64,000 nt of DNA from an uncultured Nitrososphaerota archaeon (GTDB lineage: Archaea > Thermoproteota > Nitrososphaeria > Nitrososphaerales > Nitrosopumilaceae). The translations under genes were made by a program, and so were the position numbers. Positions 32,458 to 41,880 of the stretch are shown here, piece after piece (positions within the stretch are counted from its first letter, which is position 1; the number at the start of each line of letters is the position of its first letter). The stretch is from NCBI GenBank assembly GCA_963824385.1, contig CAWGPD010000001.1, forward strand, positions 1-64,000, written 5' to 3'. Under the pieces are notes generated by a model. It was not told the origin of the DNA. It made no database searches and was given only the letters and a program-made list of their open reading frames with translations.

Positions 32458-33105
32458 TCATCTAATTATCATGACAGGACATTTGGCTTCTTCTGATACT
32501 CTCCTGCTAACACTTCCAAGTGCTGCAAATTTATTCACCCCACGCAATCCTTGACTACCAATTACAATTAGATCCGTCTTTGTTTTAGTTGCAAATTTTA
32601 ATATTGAATCAGAAGGTCTTCCCATAAGAACCTCAACTTGTACTTCAACTCCATATTTTGTACACTCGTCGATTTGGTGTTGCAATTTTGTTGGAATGAT
32701 AAATTTTTTTGGCAGGATTATTTCACGTTTTAATTTGTTTAGTTTTTTATTTATCACTTCACTTAGAACTCCAGATGGAATGTCAGAGGCAACCTCAATT
32801 ACAGAAAGTATGTATATCTTTGAACGGAATGATTTTGCCATTTCAAGTGCCTCGCTTAATGCATTTTTTGAAAAGCTAGATCCATCATATGGGACAAGGA
32901 TTTTTCGGTATTTTTGTACAACAGGTGGCGCTCCAGGCATTTTTGATTGCATCCTAGAAGACATAAAATCTATCTTTGATAAATCCCTCAGGAGATTCTC
33001 ATTTGAGCCATATTTTGCATTTTTGAGTATGATCTTTATTGTTTCTCGTATGGCGGATATTTGATTTGCAAGTTCATCGTTTTCTGAATTCTTTGACAAT
33101 GACAT
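32458..33105 (-). CDS. Universal stress protein with N-terminal helical extension
   Basis: ILVPYDGS, DLIVIGSQG, LGSVS, CPVMIIR. Confidence 0.88.
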   Translation of the reverse strand: MSLSKNSENDELANQISAIRETIKIILKNAKYGSNENLLRDLSKIDFMSSRMQSKMPGAPPVVQKYRKILVPYDGSSFSKNALSEALEMAKSFRSKIYILSVIEVASDIPSGVLSEVINKKLNKLKREIILPKKFIIPTKLQHQIDECTKYGVEVQVEVLMGRPSDSILKFATKTKTDLIVIGSQGLRGVNKFAALGSVSRRVSEEAKCPVMIIR

Positions 33106-33161
33106 TATCTTTTCTTCCTACAAACCACGATTTTACTTGTTATTAGACCTAACTGATATCA

Positions 33162-34026
33162 TCATGCAAAATGTGGATCATTTTTTGCAAGTCGTTTATG
33201 AGTCTCTGCCTCAGTGTATGCTATTACAATATCAGTTGCACTGATGACACCGCTTAGATTATCACATTCATCAATTACAGGAATTCCACTCACTTTGTAT
33301 TCAACCATCAAATTAGCTGCTTGAGCAAGATCATCTTCAGAGTGTACAGTTATCAACTCGGAACCAATGACATCTCCAATTGTCATTCCCTTACCCGAGT
33401 CATCTGGAAGTAAATAGTTTCTACTGGGATTTTTGAAATAATTACTATTTCTAAGAAAAGAGTCGTATGTTATTAGCCCCATCACTTTTCCCTCACTATC
33501 AGTTACAACAAGTCTAGAAATTTTATTTTTATTTAACATGTCAAGTCCAAAGCAAAGTGAATCAGTCTTTCTACATGTCATTAGTCTTGTTGACATGTAG
33601 TCCTTTACTTTGTACATCCTAGAATATTTAATTGCAAAATTATATACTATGTCAGACTTGGTAGTCAATCCAACCAGTTTTCCATCTTCATTTGTTATTA
33701 TCACAGAACCGATTTGAAAAGTATACATCCTTACTGCGCATTGAGAAAGCATATCGGACTGGCCTGAAGATACAGTTACAAGATTTCTACTCATCATCTC
33801 GTTTAATTCAATTTGAGTCAAATTTCGAGCGGTCTTGTCAGATTCTAAGAAATTTCCAATATCCCTTTCCGTAACAATTCCAATTGGAATATCTTTTTCA
33901 ACAATTACAATTCGTTTAATGTTATTTTTTTGCATCAATTCTAATGCATCGTGTATTGTATGTTCTTTGTATAATGTTACAATAGATTCAGTATATTGTT
34001 TCAGCCTATTTCCACCAATATTCCAT
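33162..34026 (-). CDS. Multi-CBS-domain protein (frameshift near 5' end)
   Basis: GIVTERDI, GLTTKSDI, GLITYDSF, GVISATDI. Confidence 0.85.
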
Positions 34027-34102
34027 ATCTAAAAATATATTTAAAATCAAATTATGATTTTCATTCGTGATTATCAAGGATATAATAAAAATTTCACAGT
34101 TC

Positions 34103-34444
34103 CTAATTCTCTAAATCAGAATTAGGAACAATTTCGACTTCAAGAGAGCCATTTTTGAAGCATGTCATTATGGACTTTACTCTGGATTTGTAGAGAAAAT
34201 ATTTTTTCCCGTCTTGGTTAATAGAGCCTGATATTCCCAGTAATTTGTGCCCATGTAACAATTGCACTCTACGGTATGCAGTGCTAATTGGTATTCCACA
34301 CTCGTTGCTTAGGTCGATTGCAGATTTTGGCATCTCCATTGTGGCTTCCAATATACCTCGCGAGTACTTGTCTGCCAGGATTTCAAGATACGCATCTTTT
34401 GTGGATGGTTCTTGAACTGTTTTCCCTTGTAGTAAGACTTGCAT
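34103..34444 (-). CDS. ArsR-like winged-helix regulator (paralog of 18768..19109)
   Basis: LADKYSRGIL...KSA.DLS.ECGIPISTAYRRV. Confidence 0.85.
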   Translation of the reverse strand: MQVLLQGKTVQEPSTKDAYLEILADKYSRGILEATMEMPKSAIDLSNECGIPISTAYRRVQLLHGHKLLGISGSINQDGKKYFLYKSRVKSIMTCFKNGSLEVEIVPNSDLEN

Positions 34445-34483
34445 GATGTTGTGTAATGCACTTTTTCATATAATGATCAGGTA

Positions 34484-34502
34484 TGCATTGCAATACAATG
34501 CA
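34484..34502. promoter_or_regulatory. Palindrome TGCATTG-N5-CAATGCA upstream of wHTH gene
   Basis: Read directly. Confidence 0.45.
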
Positions 34503-34541
34503 AGCAATATCCATTAATTCTTCAAACATGTTTTTTATCGT

Positions 34542-34646
34542 ATGATCACAATCAGCCTATTTGGACGAGGCGGTCAAGGCATCAAAACTGCATCTCATAT
34601 TATAGGAGAGGCTGCATTTGTATCTGGAAATCAGGTTCAAGACTAG
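34542..34646 (+). pseudogene. N-terminal relic of pyruvate/2-oxoacid:ferredoxin oxidoreductase gamma subunit
   Basis: MITISLFGRGGQGIKTASHIIGEAAFVSGNQVQD* matches the GRGGQG..TA..I...AA...G..VQ start of POR gamma. Confidence 0.7.
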
Positions 34647-34664
34647 ATGATTATTGGTCATCAG

Positions 34665-36812
34665 TTACAAAGCAGCATTAGAAATTACCATTCTTGCATC
34701 AACTGCAATACAGCCTTTACCTTCTTCAAAGACAAGTAATGGATTTATGTCAATTTCCAATATATTAGAAAAGTCTGTAACTAGTTGAGACATTCTCTGC
34801 AAACAATCAATCACAGATGCAATGTCACTTGGTTTTTCCCCCCTGACTCCAGCAAGTATCTTACTTGCCTTTGTAGATTCAATCATTTCAATGGCATCTG
34901 ACTTTGTTATAGGGGCAAGCCTAAATGATACGTCGCTAAAAATATTTACATAAATTCCACCTGTTCCAAACATAAGTAACGGACCAAATTGGGGATCATG
35001 TTTTGCTCCTATGATAACTTCTTTTCCTCCACTTACAAATTTCTCAACTGTTAGTCCCAAAATTTTTGCAGTAGGTTTTTTGTTCTTGACACTCTCCATT
35101 ATTTTGCCAAATCTTTCTCTCACTTCATTTTCATTTTGAATATTTATCTCAACTCCGCCCACATCGACTTTATGTATTATATCAGGAGATGATATTTTCA
35201 AAACAACAGGAAACCCAATTCTTTTTGATACCTCAATGCATTCATCAATATTAGTAACTAGAATTGGCTCAAGCACTGGCACTCCATATGCTTTGAATAT
35301 AACCATGGCATCAAGACCAGAAATGTAATTCTTGCCTTCCTGTCTACACCTATCCATTACATCCTGGACCTTTTTTACATCTACGTCGTATCTTTCTATT
35401 TTTTCAGATGGTCTTTGAATAATAGAACGATATTTTTGCATCATTGCAAGAGCATCAGTGGCAGATTCTGGAAAGGCGTATTGTGGTATTCCGTTATCAT
35501 CAAGAATTTTCATAGCATCTTCATCCTCCATAAATCCAGTTATGCACGAAAGAATTGGCTTATCCTTGAATTTCTTGCTAGTTTCAACCATTATCTGCGC
35601 TAATGCCTTAAGATTGGCCATAAGTAGAGGAGTTGAGATAACTATAACGGAATTTACATCCTTGTCCTGCATAACACATTCAAGTGTTTTTTGATATCTT
35701 AGATGATCAGCATCACCTATCATATCAATAGGATTAATCGTCATTGCATTTGCAGGTAGAATTTTTTTCAATTCAACTAGTGTGGATTCAGATAATTTTG
35801 CAAGCCTCAAGCCATAACGTAATGACGAGTCTGCAGCTATCACTGCAGGACCCCCTGCATTTGATACAATAACAGTGCCGCCATCTAACGGAATTGGTTG
35901 GCAACTAAATGCCATCGCATAATCAAATAACTGTTCTAATGTTTCCACTTTAATTATTCCCGCCTGTTTGAAAATTGCATCATATGCTTCACGTGATCCT
36001 GCAAGTGCACCTGTATGAGATGCAATTGCTTTACCTCCCACAGGTGACTGACCGACCTTCATTGCAAGAATTGGCTTGCTCTTTGAACCATTTTTTGTAA
36101 TGCAAGATGTTGTTTTTATGAAATTCTTTGCATCGTGTAGATCCTCAATATACATGAGAATTACTCGAGTTGACGAATCATTTGCAAGATATGTTAGAAT
36201 ATCATTCTCATTTAGGTCCGCTTTGTTTCCCATGCTAAACACTTTTGAGAATCCAATTTCCTTCATCTTAGCATATTCAATCATTGCGCCGCATATTGCA
36301 CCACTTTGAGAAACAAGTGAGATATTTCCAAATGCTGGCATTCTTTTCATAAAACTTGCATTAAGAGAAATTTTTGGATCAGAGTTCAAAAACCCAACAC
36401 AATTAGGACCAATTAATCGAATTCCATATTTTTTTGCAATGTCAATAACCTGATTTTCTAATTTCTTACCTTGTTCTCCTGCTTCTTTAAAGCCTGCAGA
36501 GATTATCACTGCCCCTTTTACTCCATTTGTGCCGCACTCTTCAATTACTTGTGGAACTGCCTTACTGGGAACGATTACAATGGCAAGATCAATGGGCCCT
36601 TCAATGTCTTTTATGTTAGGATAGCATTTAATTCCAAATATTTCAGAATTTGAAGGATTTACTGGATACAAAATACCAGAATACTTGGCATCCACAAGAT
36701 TTTTTATTACGGCATTGCCAATACTATCTTTTTTATCTGATGCTCCGATAACCGCAATGCCTCTTGGAGAGACTATCGCCTCAACGTGTTCCAGAAATGA
36801 ATTATCAATCAT
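34665..36812 (-). CDS. ADP-forming acyl-CoA synthetase (fused alpha-beta ACD family)
   Basis: IAVIGAS, GPNC.G, SQSG, SHTGALAG phospho-His, C-terminal ATP-grasp HKVDVGGV, EIDINP. Confidence 0.92.
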   Translation of the reverse strand: MIDNSFLEHVEAIVSPRGIAVIGASDKKDSIGNAVIKNLVDAKYSGILYPVNPSNSEIFGIKCYPNIKDIEGPIDLAIVIVPSKAVPQVIEECGTNGVKGAVIISAGFKEAGEQGKKLENQVIDIAKKYGIRLIGPNCVGFLNSDPKISLNASFMKRMPAFGNISLVSQSGAICGAMIEYAKMKEIGFSKVFSMGNKADLNENDILTYLANDSSTRVILMYIEDLHDAKNFIKTTSCITKNGSKSKPILAMKVGQSPVGGKAIASHTGALAGSREAYDAIFKQAGIIKVETLEQLFDYAMAFSCQPIPLDGGTVIVSNAGGPAVIAADSSLRYGLRLAKLSESTLVELKKILPANAMTINPIDMIGDADHLRYQKTLECVMQDKDVNSVIVISTPLLMANLKALAQIMVETSKKFKDKPILSCITGFMEDEDAMKILDDNGIPQYAFPESATDALAMMQKYRSIIQRPSEKIERYDVDVKKVQDVMDRCRQEGKNYISGLDAMVIFKAYGVPVLEPILVTNIDECIEVSKRIGFPVVLKISSPDIIHKVDVGGVEINIQNENEVRERFGKIMESVKNKKPTAKILGLTVEKFVSGGKEVIIGAKHDPQFGPLLMFGTGGIYVNIFSDVSFRLAPITKSDAIEMIESTKASKILAGVRGEKPSDIASVIDCLQRMSQLVTDFSNILEIDINPLLVFEEGKGCIAVDARMVISNAAL

Positions 36813-37057
36813 ATGTTAAGTCAATTGTACATTTCAATCATATAAGAAATTAGGTAAAACCATCACGACTGAGAATAAAAGTTGAGAACAGAGATAATCT
36901 GTTTATTAATAGGACATCCTGCCTAAATTTAAGATTAGAATGAATTTGAGTACTGAAAAAATCATAATAAATAAACTTGAAAGTATTTTGGAAAAGTCAA
37001 AAAGTGTAAAACAAAGTTCTGATGTTAAAGAATTATCAAATTAGGCTTTAGAAGTCT

Positions 37058-37197
37058 CTTCTCATACCTCTTGCAGTTACAGCGATGGTGGGTGGTATAA
37101 TTGGCTCTAAACTTGGAGCATTCAAGTTCGATCATGATAAAGTAAGAATCATGGTTGAGGAGTTGTGGGAGAGAGCTGCGGCATTAGTCTTACAATG
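37058..37197 (+). pseudogene. Fragment resembling C-terminus of a TauE/SafE-type membrane exporter
   Basis: LLIPLAVTAMVGGIIGSKLGAFKF with no start or upstream body. Confidence 0.3.
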
Positions 37198-37284
37198 AAG
37201 CTGCTTACAGGATAAATTCTAAAACTAATTAGACATCATCAATCAAGCGAGAATCTTAAATAACAACAAATCATGTTCTAAGCA

Positions 37285-37812
37285 TTGCAGATTAAATCAC
37301 TAATTTCATTACTAGCTTTATGTAGTATTACGGTATTTTCTCCAGTCTTTGGTCAGACTAGTTCAGCTCCAATAACTGTAACAACTGACAAGGCAACATA
37401 TTCTGATGGGTCTACAATCACGATTTCTGGAACGGTAGCAGAACAACTCAGCATACCGATATCCGTAATCATCAAAGATAGTACTAACAATTTAGTCTAT
37501 GTTGCTCAAACAAGCCCCACTTCTGGCAATACCTATTCAGTCCAGGTAGTTGCAGGCGGAGATATCTGGAAGACTGCAGGTACATATGAAATTGATGTGA
37601 CATATGGAGGACCAGATAAAACTGCCAAGACGACATTTATGTTCACAGCAACTGCCCAAGCAGCACCTGCAAGTACTACAAGTACTGCAAATCAAACAAG
37701 TCCCAATCAAGCAGTTCCAGAGTTTGGTCCATTATCAATGCCAATATTTGCCATATCCATACTGGCAGTAGTAATTGCGTATGCTAGAATAAGAATGTCT
37801 TTCAAGTTCTAA
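37285..37812 (+). CDS. PEFG-CTERM sorting-domain surface protein
   Basis: Signal peptide, VTTDKATY..G, C-terminal VPEFG + TM + basic tail. Confidence 0.88.
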   Translation: MQIKSLISLLALCSITVFSPVFGQTSSAPITVTTDKATYSDGSTITISGTVAEQLSIPISVIIKDSTNNLVYVAQTSPTSGNTYSVQVVAGGDIWKTAGTYEIDVTYGGPDKTAKTTFMFTATAQAAPASTTSTANQTSPNQAVPEFGPLSMPIFAISILAVVIAYARIRMSFKF

Positions 37813-37840
37813 ACATAAAGCAAATTTTTCAATTAAATCA

Positions 37841-38311
37841 TCAATGTATAATCATAACAGGACATTTTGCAAGTTCAGATATTTTTCTACTCACACTTCC
37901 AAGTGCCTTTATTTGACCTACACCGTGTAATCCCTTACTTCCTATCACAATTAGATCAGGATGTATACCACGTTCAAATTTTAAAATTGATTCAACTGGA
38001 TTTCCCGCTACTACGTCATAGGAGGTATTCAGTGCACCTTTTGATTTGCATATGGCCACATCTGCAAGAAGTTCTTTTCTTGCAATAGACTTTGCAGCCA
38101 CAACAAATTCTCCTATTGATTTTTCCAATCGTGTATCTTTTTTCAGCAAGGAAAGCAGCATTCCAGGAGGAAAATCACTTGTATCTACTGCAGTAATTAA
38201 ATATAATTTAGATTTGAATTTCTTGGCAATTTCTATAGCATGTACAAGGGCTTTTCTAGAATATTTTGAGCCATCAATTGGTACAAGTATTTTTTTTACT
38301 GACTCTGCCAA
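37841..38311 (-). CDS. Universal stress protein
   Basis: ILVPIDGS, DLIVIGSKG, LGSVS. Confidence 0.92.
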   Translation of the reverse strand: MAESVKKILVPIDGSKYSRKALVHAIEIAKKFKSKLYLITAVDTSDFPPGMLLSLLKKDTRLEKSIGEFVVAAKSIARKELLADVAICKSKGALNTSYDVVAGNPVESILKFERGIHPDLIVIGSKGLHGVGQIKALGSVSRKISELAKCPVMIIH

Positions 38312-38443
38312 TAATGAATATCTAAAAACACTATACTTAAGTTAATTCTAAAATTTCATTTGTGGGTATACACAGACATTATAATAAAAACCAAATTTGA
38401 GAATTAGCGAAAACCTGTTAAGCAGACTTGTACAAATTGCCTC

Positions 38444-38932
38444 ATGGACAAACCCAAGAAACCAGATACTCCCAACCAGCCAATCGTACCCTCTTGGAGA
38501 CAAAATTGGGGAGATTTGGACAGAGTATTTGACAACTTTCGAAGAGACTTTGAGAGAACCATGACGTCATTTCCAGCCATGAACCTTCCATCAATGCATG
38601 TTTCATCAGTATCATGCGATGTGCTAGATGAGGGAGATCATTATGTCATAAATGCGGAATTACCAGGGATCACAAAAGAAGATGTCAAACTCAATGTCTC
38701 AGACAACAACGTGGAAATATCTGCAGAACACAAAGAAGAGACGGAAGAAAAGAAGAAAAACTATATCAGAAAGGAGCGAAGAGCGTTTTCGTATCACAGA
38801 AGTTTGCCACTACCTGAAAAAGTAGATTCTGCAAAAGCCAAGGCAAAACTAAACAATGGAGTTCTATCAGTAGAAATTCCAAAAATAACCCCTACGCCAA
38901 AGCCTAAAAGCAAAGATATTCCAGTTCAATAA
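38444..38932 (+). CDS. Hsp20/alpha-crystallin small heat-shock protein
   Basis: AELPG..KEDV, ER..F.R.L.LP, A.LNNGVL.V.IPK. Confidence 0.92.
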   Translation: MDKPKKPDTPNQPIVPSWRQNWGDLDRVFDNFRRDFERTMTSFPAMNLPSMHVSSVSCDVLDEGDHYVINAELPGITKEDVKLNVSDNNVEISAEHKEETEEKKKNYIRKERRAFSYHRSLPLPEKVDSAKAKAKLNNGVLSVEIPKITPTPKPKSKDIPVQ

Positions 38933-38975
38933 TTTTTTATAATTATAAAAATATTACAAGATAAAAATCTTGAAT

Positions 38976-39884
38976 TTATTTCATAAATGCAGATAACTTG
39001 CCGATATCATCGAAGATTTTTTCGGTAGATAGTTTCAAGAGTTTAGATTCTTTTTCGTCAAGATCTAGTTGCAATATTTCTTTTACCCCGTTTTTCCCAA
39101 AAATTATAGGAACACCCATAGAGAATCCACTAAAGCCATACTCGCCATCCAAATATACTGAAGCAGATGCAAGAAAATCCCTCTCTTCCACTATCGATTT
39201 TGCTATATCAAATGTGTTTTTTGCAGCACCAAATACAGATGCCTCTTTGTAGGCAACAAGATATTTCCAATAGTTTTTTAGTTCATAAGTTATTTCACTA
39301 GTTTTTTTTTCTGAGAGGCTAATTTTCTGACCTTGTGATTTTGCGTTTGAAAAAAGTGGAACCATTGTAGAACCATGTTCACCAATAACCAATCCATCTA
39401 TTTGTCCTTGTTTTACGCCCAGTTCTTTTGCAAGAAGGTAGCGAAATCTACTAGAGTCCAAACTAGAACCCATTCCAATAACTCGTCCTCTTGGAAACTT
39501 GGTTTGTTGCAGTATTTGATACGCCATAACATCTATAGGATTAGTTACAACAATCACCTTTGCCTCATCTGCATACTTTGTGAGATTTTTACATATTTCT
39601 GATACAATTGGAACATTAAATGGCAAAAGTTCAGCCCTGTCTTCTTTGATGACTCCACCGCTTACGGTAATTATTACAACATCAGAATTTTTCATCTTGG
39701 AATAATCATCAGTTCCCATAACAGAGATGAGTGATTTTTCAGGCAGAGCATTGCTAACATCCATGGCTTCACCAAGAGCTTTATTCTTTGATCTATTGAT
39801 AATGACCAAGTCATCTAGTCCTGATTGTCCAACTAAAAATGCAACTGCAGATCCTACACGACCTGCACCAATTATAGAAATCAT
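38976..39884 (-). CDS. Malate/lactate dehydrogenase-family 2-hydroxyacid dehydrogenase
   Basis: GAGRVG, VTNPID, LDSSR, GEHG; atypical substrate loop. Confidence 0.85.
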   Translation of the reverse strand: MISIIGAGRVGSAVAFLVGQSGLDDLVIINRSKNKALGEAMDVSNALPEKSLISVMGTDDYSKMKNSDVVIITVSGGVIKEDRAELLPFNVPIVSEICKNLTKYADEAKVIVVTNPIDVMAYQILQQTKFPRGRVIGMGSSLDSSRFRYLLAKELGVKQGQIDGLVIGEHGSTMVPLFSNAKSQGQKISLSEKKTSEITYELKNYWKYLVAYKEASVFGAAKNTFDIAKSIVEERDFLASASVYLDGEYGFSGFSMGVPIIFGKNGVKEILQLDLDEKESKLLKLSTEKIFDDIGKLSAFMK

Positions 39885-39890
39885 CAGTAG

Positions 39891-40319
39891 TTACTTTACA
39901 ACAAGGACTGGAATATGTGACTTGTGTACAATTGCATTTGAGACACTTCCCAAGAACGCTTCTTTTATTCCTCCCATCCCTCTAGATCCTATAACGACAA
40001 GATCAAATTTGTTTTGTTTCATAAAATCAATAATATCAGATGTCGAATCTCCGTAGATAATTTTATGACGAAACACAATACCATTTTGTGCCGATTTTAC
40101 TTTGGCTTGTTCCATAAATTTTTCTGCATCTTTGATAAGTTTTGCCTTTAAAGGAGTTACAAGATCACCCAGATGCTGAGGATAAACTGAGACTACGTTA
40201 ATGCCAGTTATTATTGCGCCGCATTGTCTTGCCAGAAAGATTGCCATATCAAGTCCAGTAAATGATGTCTTTGAACCATCTAGCGGTACTAGAATTTTGG
40301 CAATTTTTGTCTTGATCAT
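39891..40319 (-). CDS. Universal stress protein
   Basis: ILVPLDGS, DLVVIGSRG, FLGSVS; ATG at 40319 preferred. Confidence 0.9.
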   Translation of the reverse strand: MIKTKIAKILVPLDGSKTSFTGLDMAIFLARQCGAIITGINVVSVYPQHLGDLVTPLKAKLIKDAEKFMEQAKVKSAQNGIVFRHKIIYGDSTSDIIDFMKQNKFDLVVIGSRGMGGIKEAFLGSVSNAIVHKSHIPVLVVK

Positions 40320-40437
40320 AAAATCACTTGGAGATAGGTATGATTTATCATCACCTCTTATTATCGCAGACAAAAACCAACTGTTTTACTTTTATAGCCC
40401 TAGATTATTATTGAGGAAATAAGGAGCAAAAAGAGAA

Positions 40438-41607
40438 ATGAGTTCACCACAAGTAATCTATGGACATTTAAAAGAAGTAAGAGATCTCAAGGTAGATAAA
40501 ATATTAAAGAAGGCAACCACTATCGATTCGACTGATTCCATATCTAAAATAGTCGGAGTTTTGATAAATTCTGATTCTTATGAGGTATTCTGCATGGACG
40601 GCAAGGACGTTCTCACAATAAGCGCACGTGAGCTTTTAGGCATCAAAGACATGGGGGATGTAAAGATAAAACCATTATTACGAAAGATTCAGCCGCTGAC
40701 TAGAAATGATACTGTGGAAAAGGCAGCTGCAATTTTATCTCATTACAGAATGCGTTCAGTACCAGTAGTAGAAGGAAATGAGATAGTCGGAGCAGTCAAT
40801 GGAAAAGACATTGTTGAACTATTACAGAAACAGGATTTAAAATGGGTACCAGCTAGTAACATACTAACTGCAGACCCGATTACTATAACCAGTACTGATT
40901 CTATTGCAACTGCAAGAAAATTAATGATAACAAAAAGAATTGATCATCTTCCAGTCATCAAAGGCGGTAAAGTTTCTCAAGTGGTGACATCTATGCACTT
41001 GTTGCAAGTGATAAAACCTACAGAAAGATTAGGGATGGGGTTAAGAGGACTAGATTTACAAAAGAAATACAAAGAAAATATAGCAAACATGGGCAGTACA
41101 CGCATTCCAAATCTTAACACCAATGCGCCACTCAGTTTAGTGATAGAATCAATGCTAAAGAATGACTCATCATGTTGTTTGCTTACTCTAATGGACCATG
41201 TCCATGGAATAATTACTTACAAAGATATCATCAACTTGCTTGAATCAAGAGTACCAAGTGATGTTCCACTATACATTGTTGGCCTTCCTGAAGATTACAG
41301 TAGTGCAGAAATTGTCAAAACAAAGTTTGACAAAATTATTAGAAACCTTACGAAAGTATACCCTGAAGTAGAGCAGGCCAAGGCATCAATTAAGACAGTA
41401 CACAACCCAGATAGCAATAGACCACATTACGAAGTCAGTGTCAGAGTATTCAGTCCATACAGAACCTACAACTATACTGAAATGGGATGGGATCTCTCAA
41501 AAGTTTTCGATACTCTAGGTAGCAAATTAATCCGAAACTTGTCTCAACGCAGCAAGAAACGTTGGAAGACTAGCATTAGAAAAGTAGACAAGCATGATAT
41601 CTTCTAG
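40438..41607 (+). CDS. Four-CBS + C-terminal HPF/RaiA-like domain protein (candidate ribosome hibernation factor)
   Basis: CBS repeats then beta-alpha-beta-beta-beta-alpha pattern ending GWDL..VFD.L..KL.R.L. Confidence 0.7.
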   Translation: MSSPQVIYGHLKEVRDLKVDKILKKATTIDSTDSISKIVGVLINSDSYEVFCMDGKDVLTISARELLGIKDMGDVKIKPLLRKIQPLTRNDTVEKAAAILSHYRMRSVPVVEGNEIVGAVNGKDIVELLQKQDLKWVPASNILTADPITITSTDSIATARKLMITKRIDHLPVIKGGKVSQVVTSMHLLQVIKPTERLGMGLRGLDLQKKYKENIANMGSTRIPNLNTNAPLSLVIESMLKNDSSCCLLTLMDHVHGIITYKDIINLLESRVPSDVPLYIVGLPEDYSSAEIVKTKFDKIIRNLTKVYPEVEQAKASIKTVHNPDSNRPHYEVSVRVFSPYRTYNYTEMGWDLSKVFDTLGSKLIRNLSQRSKKRWKTSIRKVDKHDIF

Positions 41608-41684
41608 AAGATAGAATTCAAGATTAGTTCTCTAAAAGGTAGAATATCACATTATTATGTAACGATGTTCTAAACAAATGCGAT

Positions 41685-41792
41685 ATGGATGGAGATCATT
41701 TCTGGAAACAAAACGTGTGCTCTGACTGCAAGCGAGTCAAATGCCAAAAAGGATGCAATTGTGATTGCCATTGGAACAAAAATAACATCTAA
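41685..41792 (+). CDS. 35-aa metallothionein-like microprotein (not in ORF track)
   Basis: MDGDHFWKQNVCSDCKRVKCQKGCNCDCHWNKNNI. Confidence 0.5.
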   Translation: MDGDHFWKQNVCSDCKRVKCQKGCNCDCHWNKNNI

Positions 41793-41880
41793 TGCAATAT
41801 CTGAACAAAATTCAACACTCACAGGTCATTATGAATAAAAATAGATTCTCAAGTTTTAAATTATCAAACAAGTCCATAAC

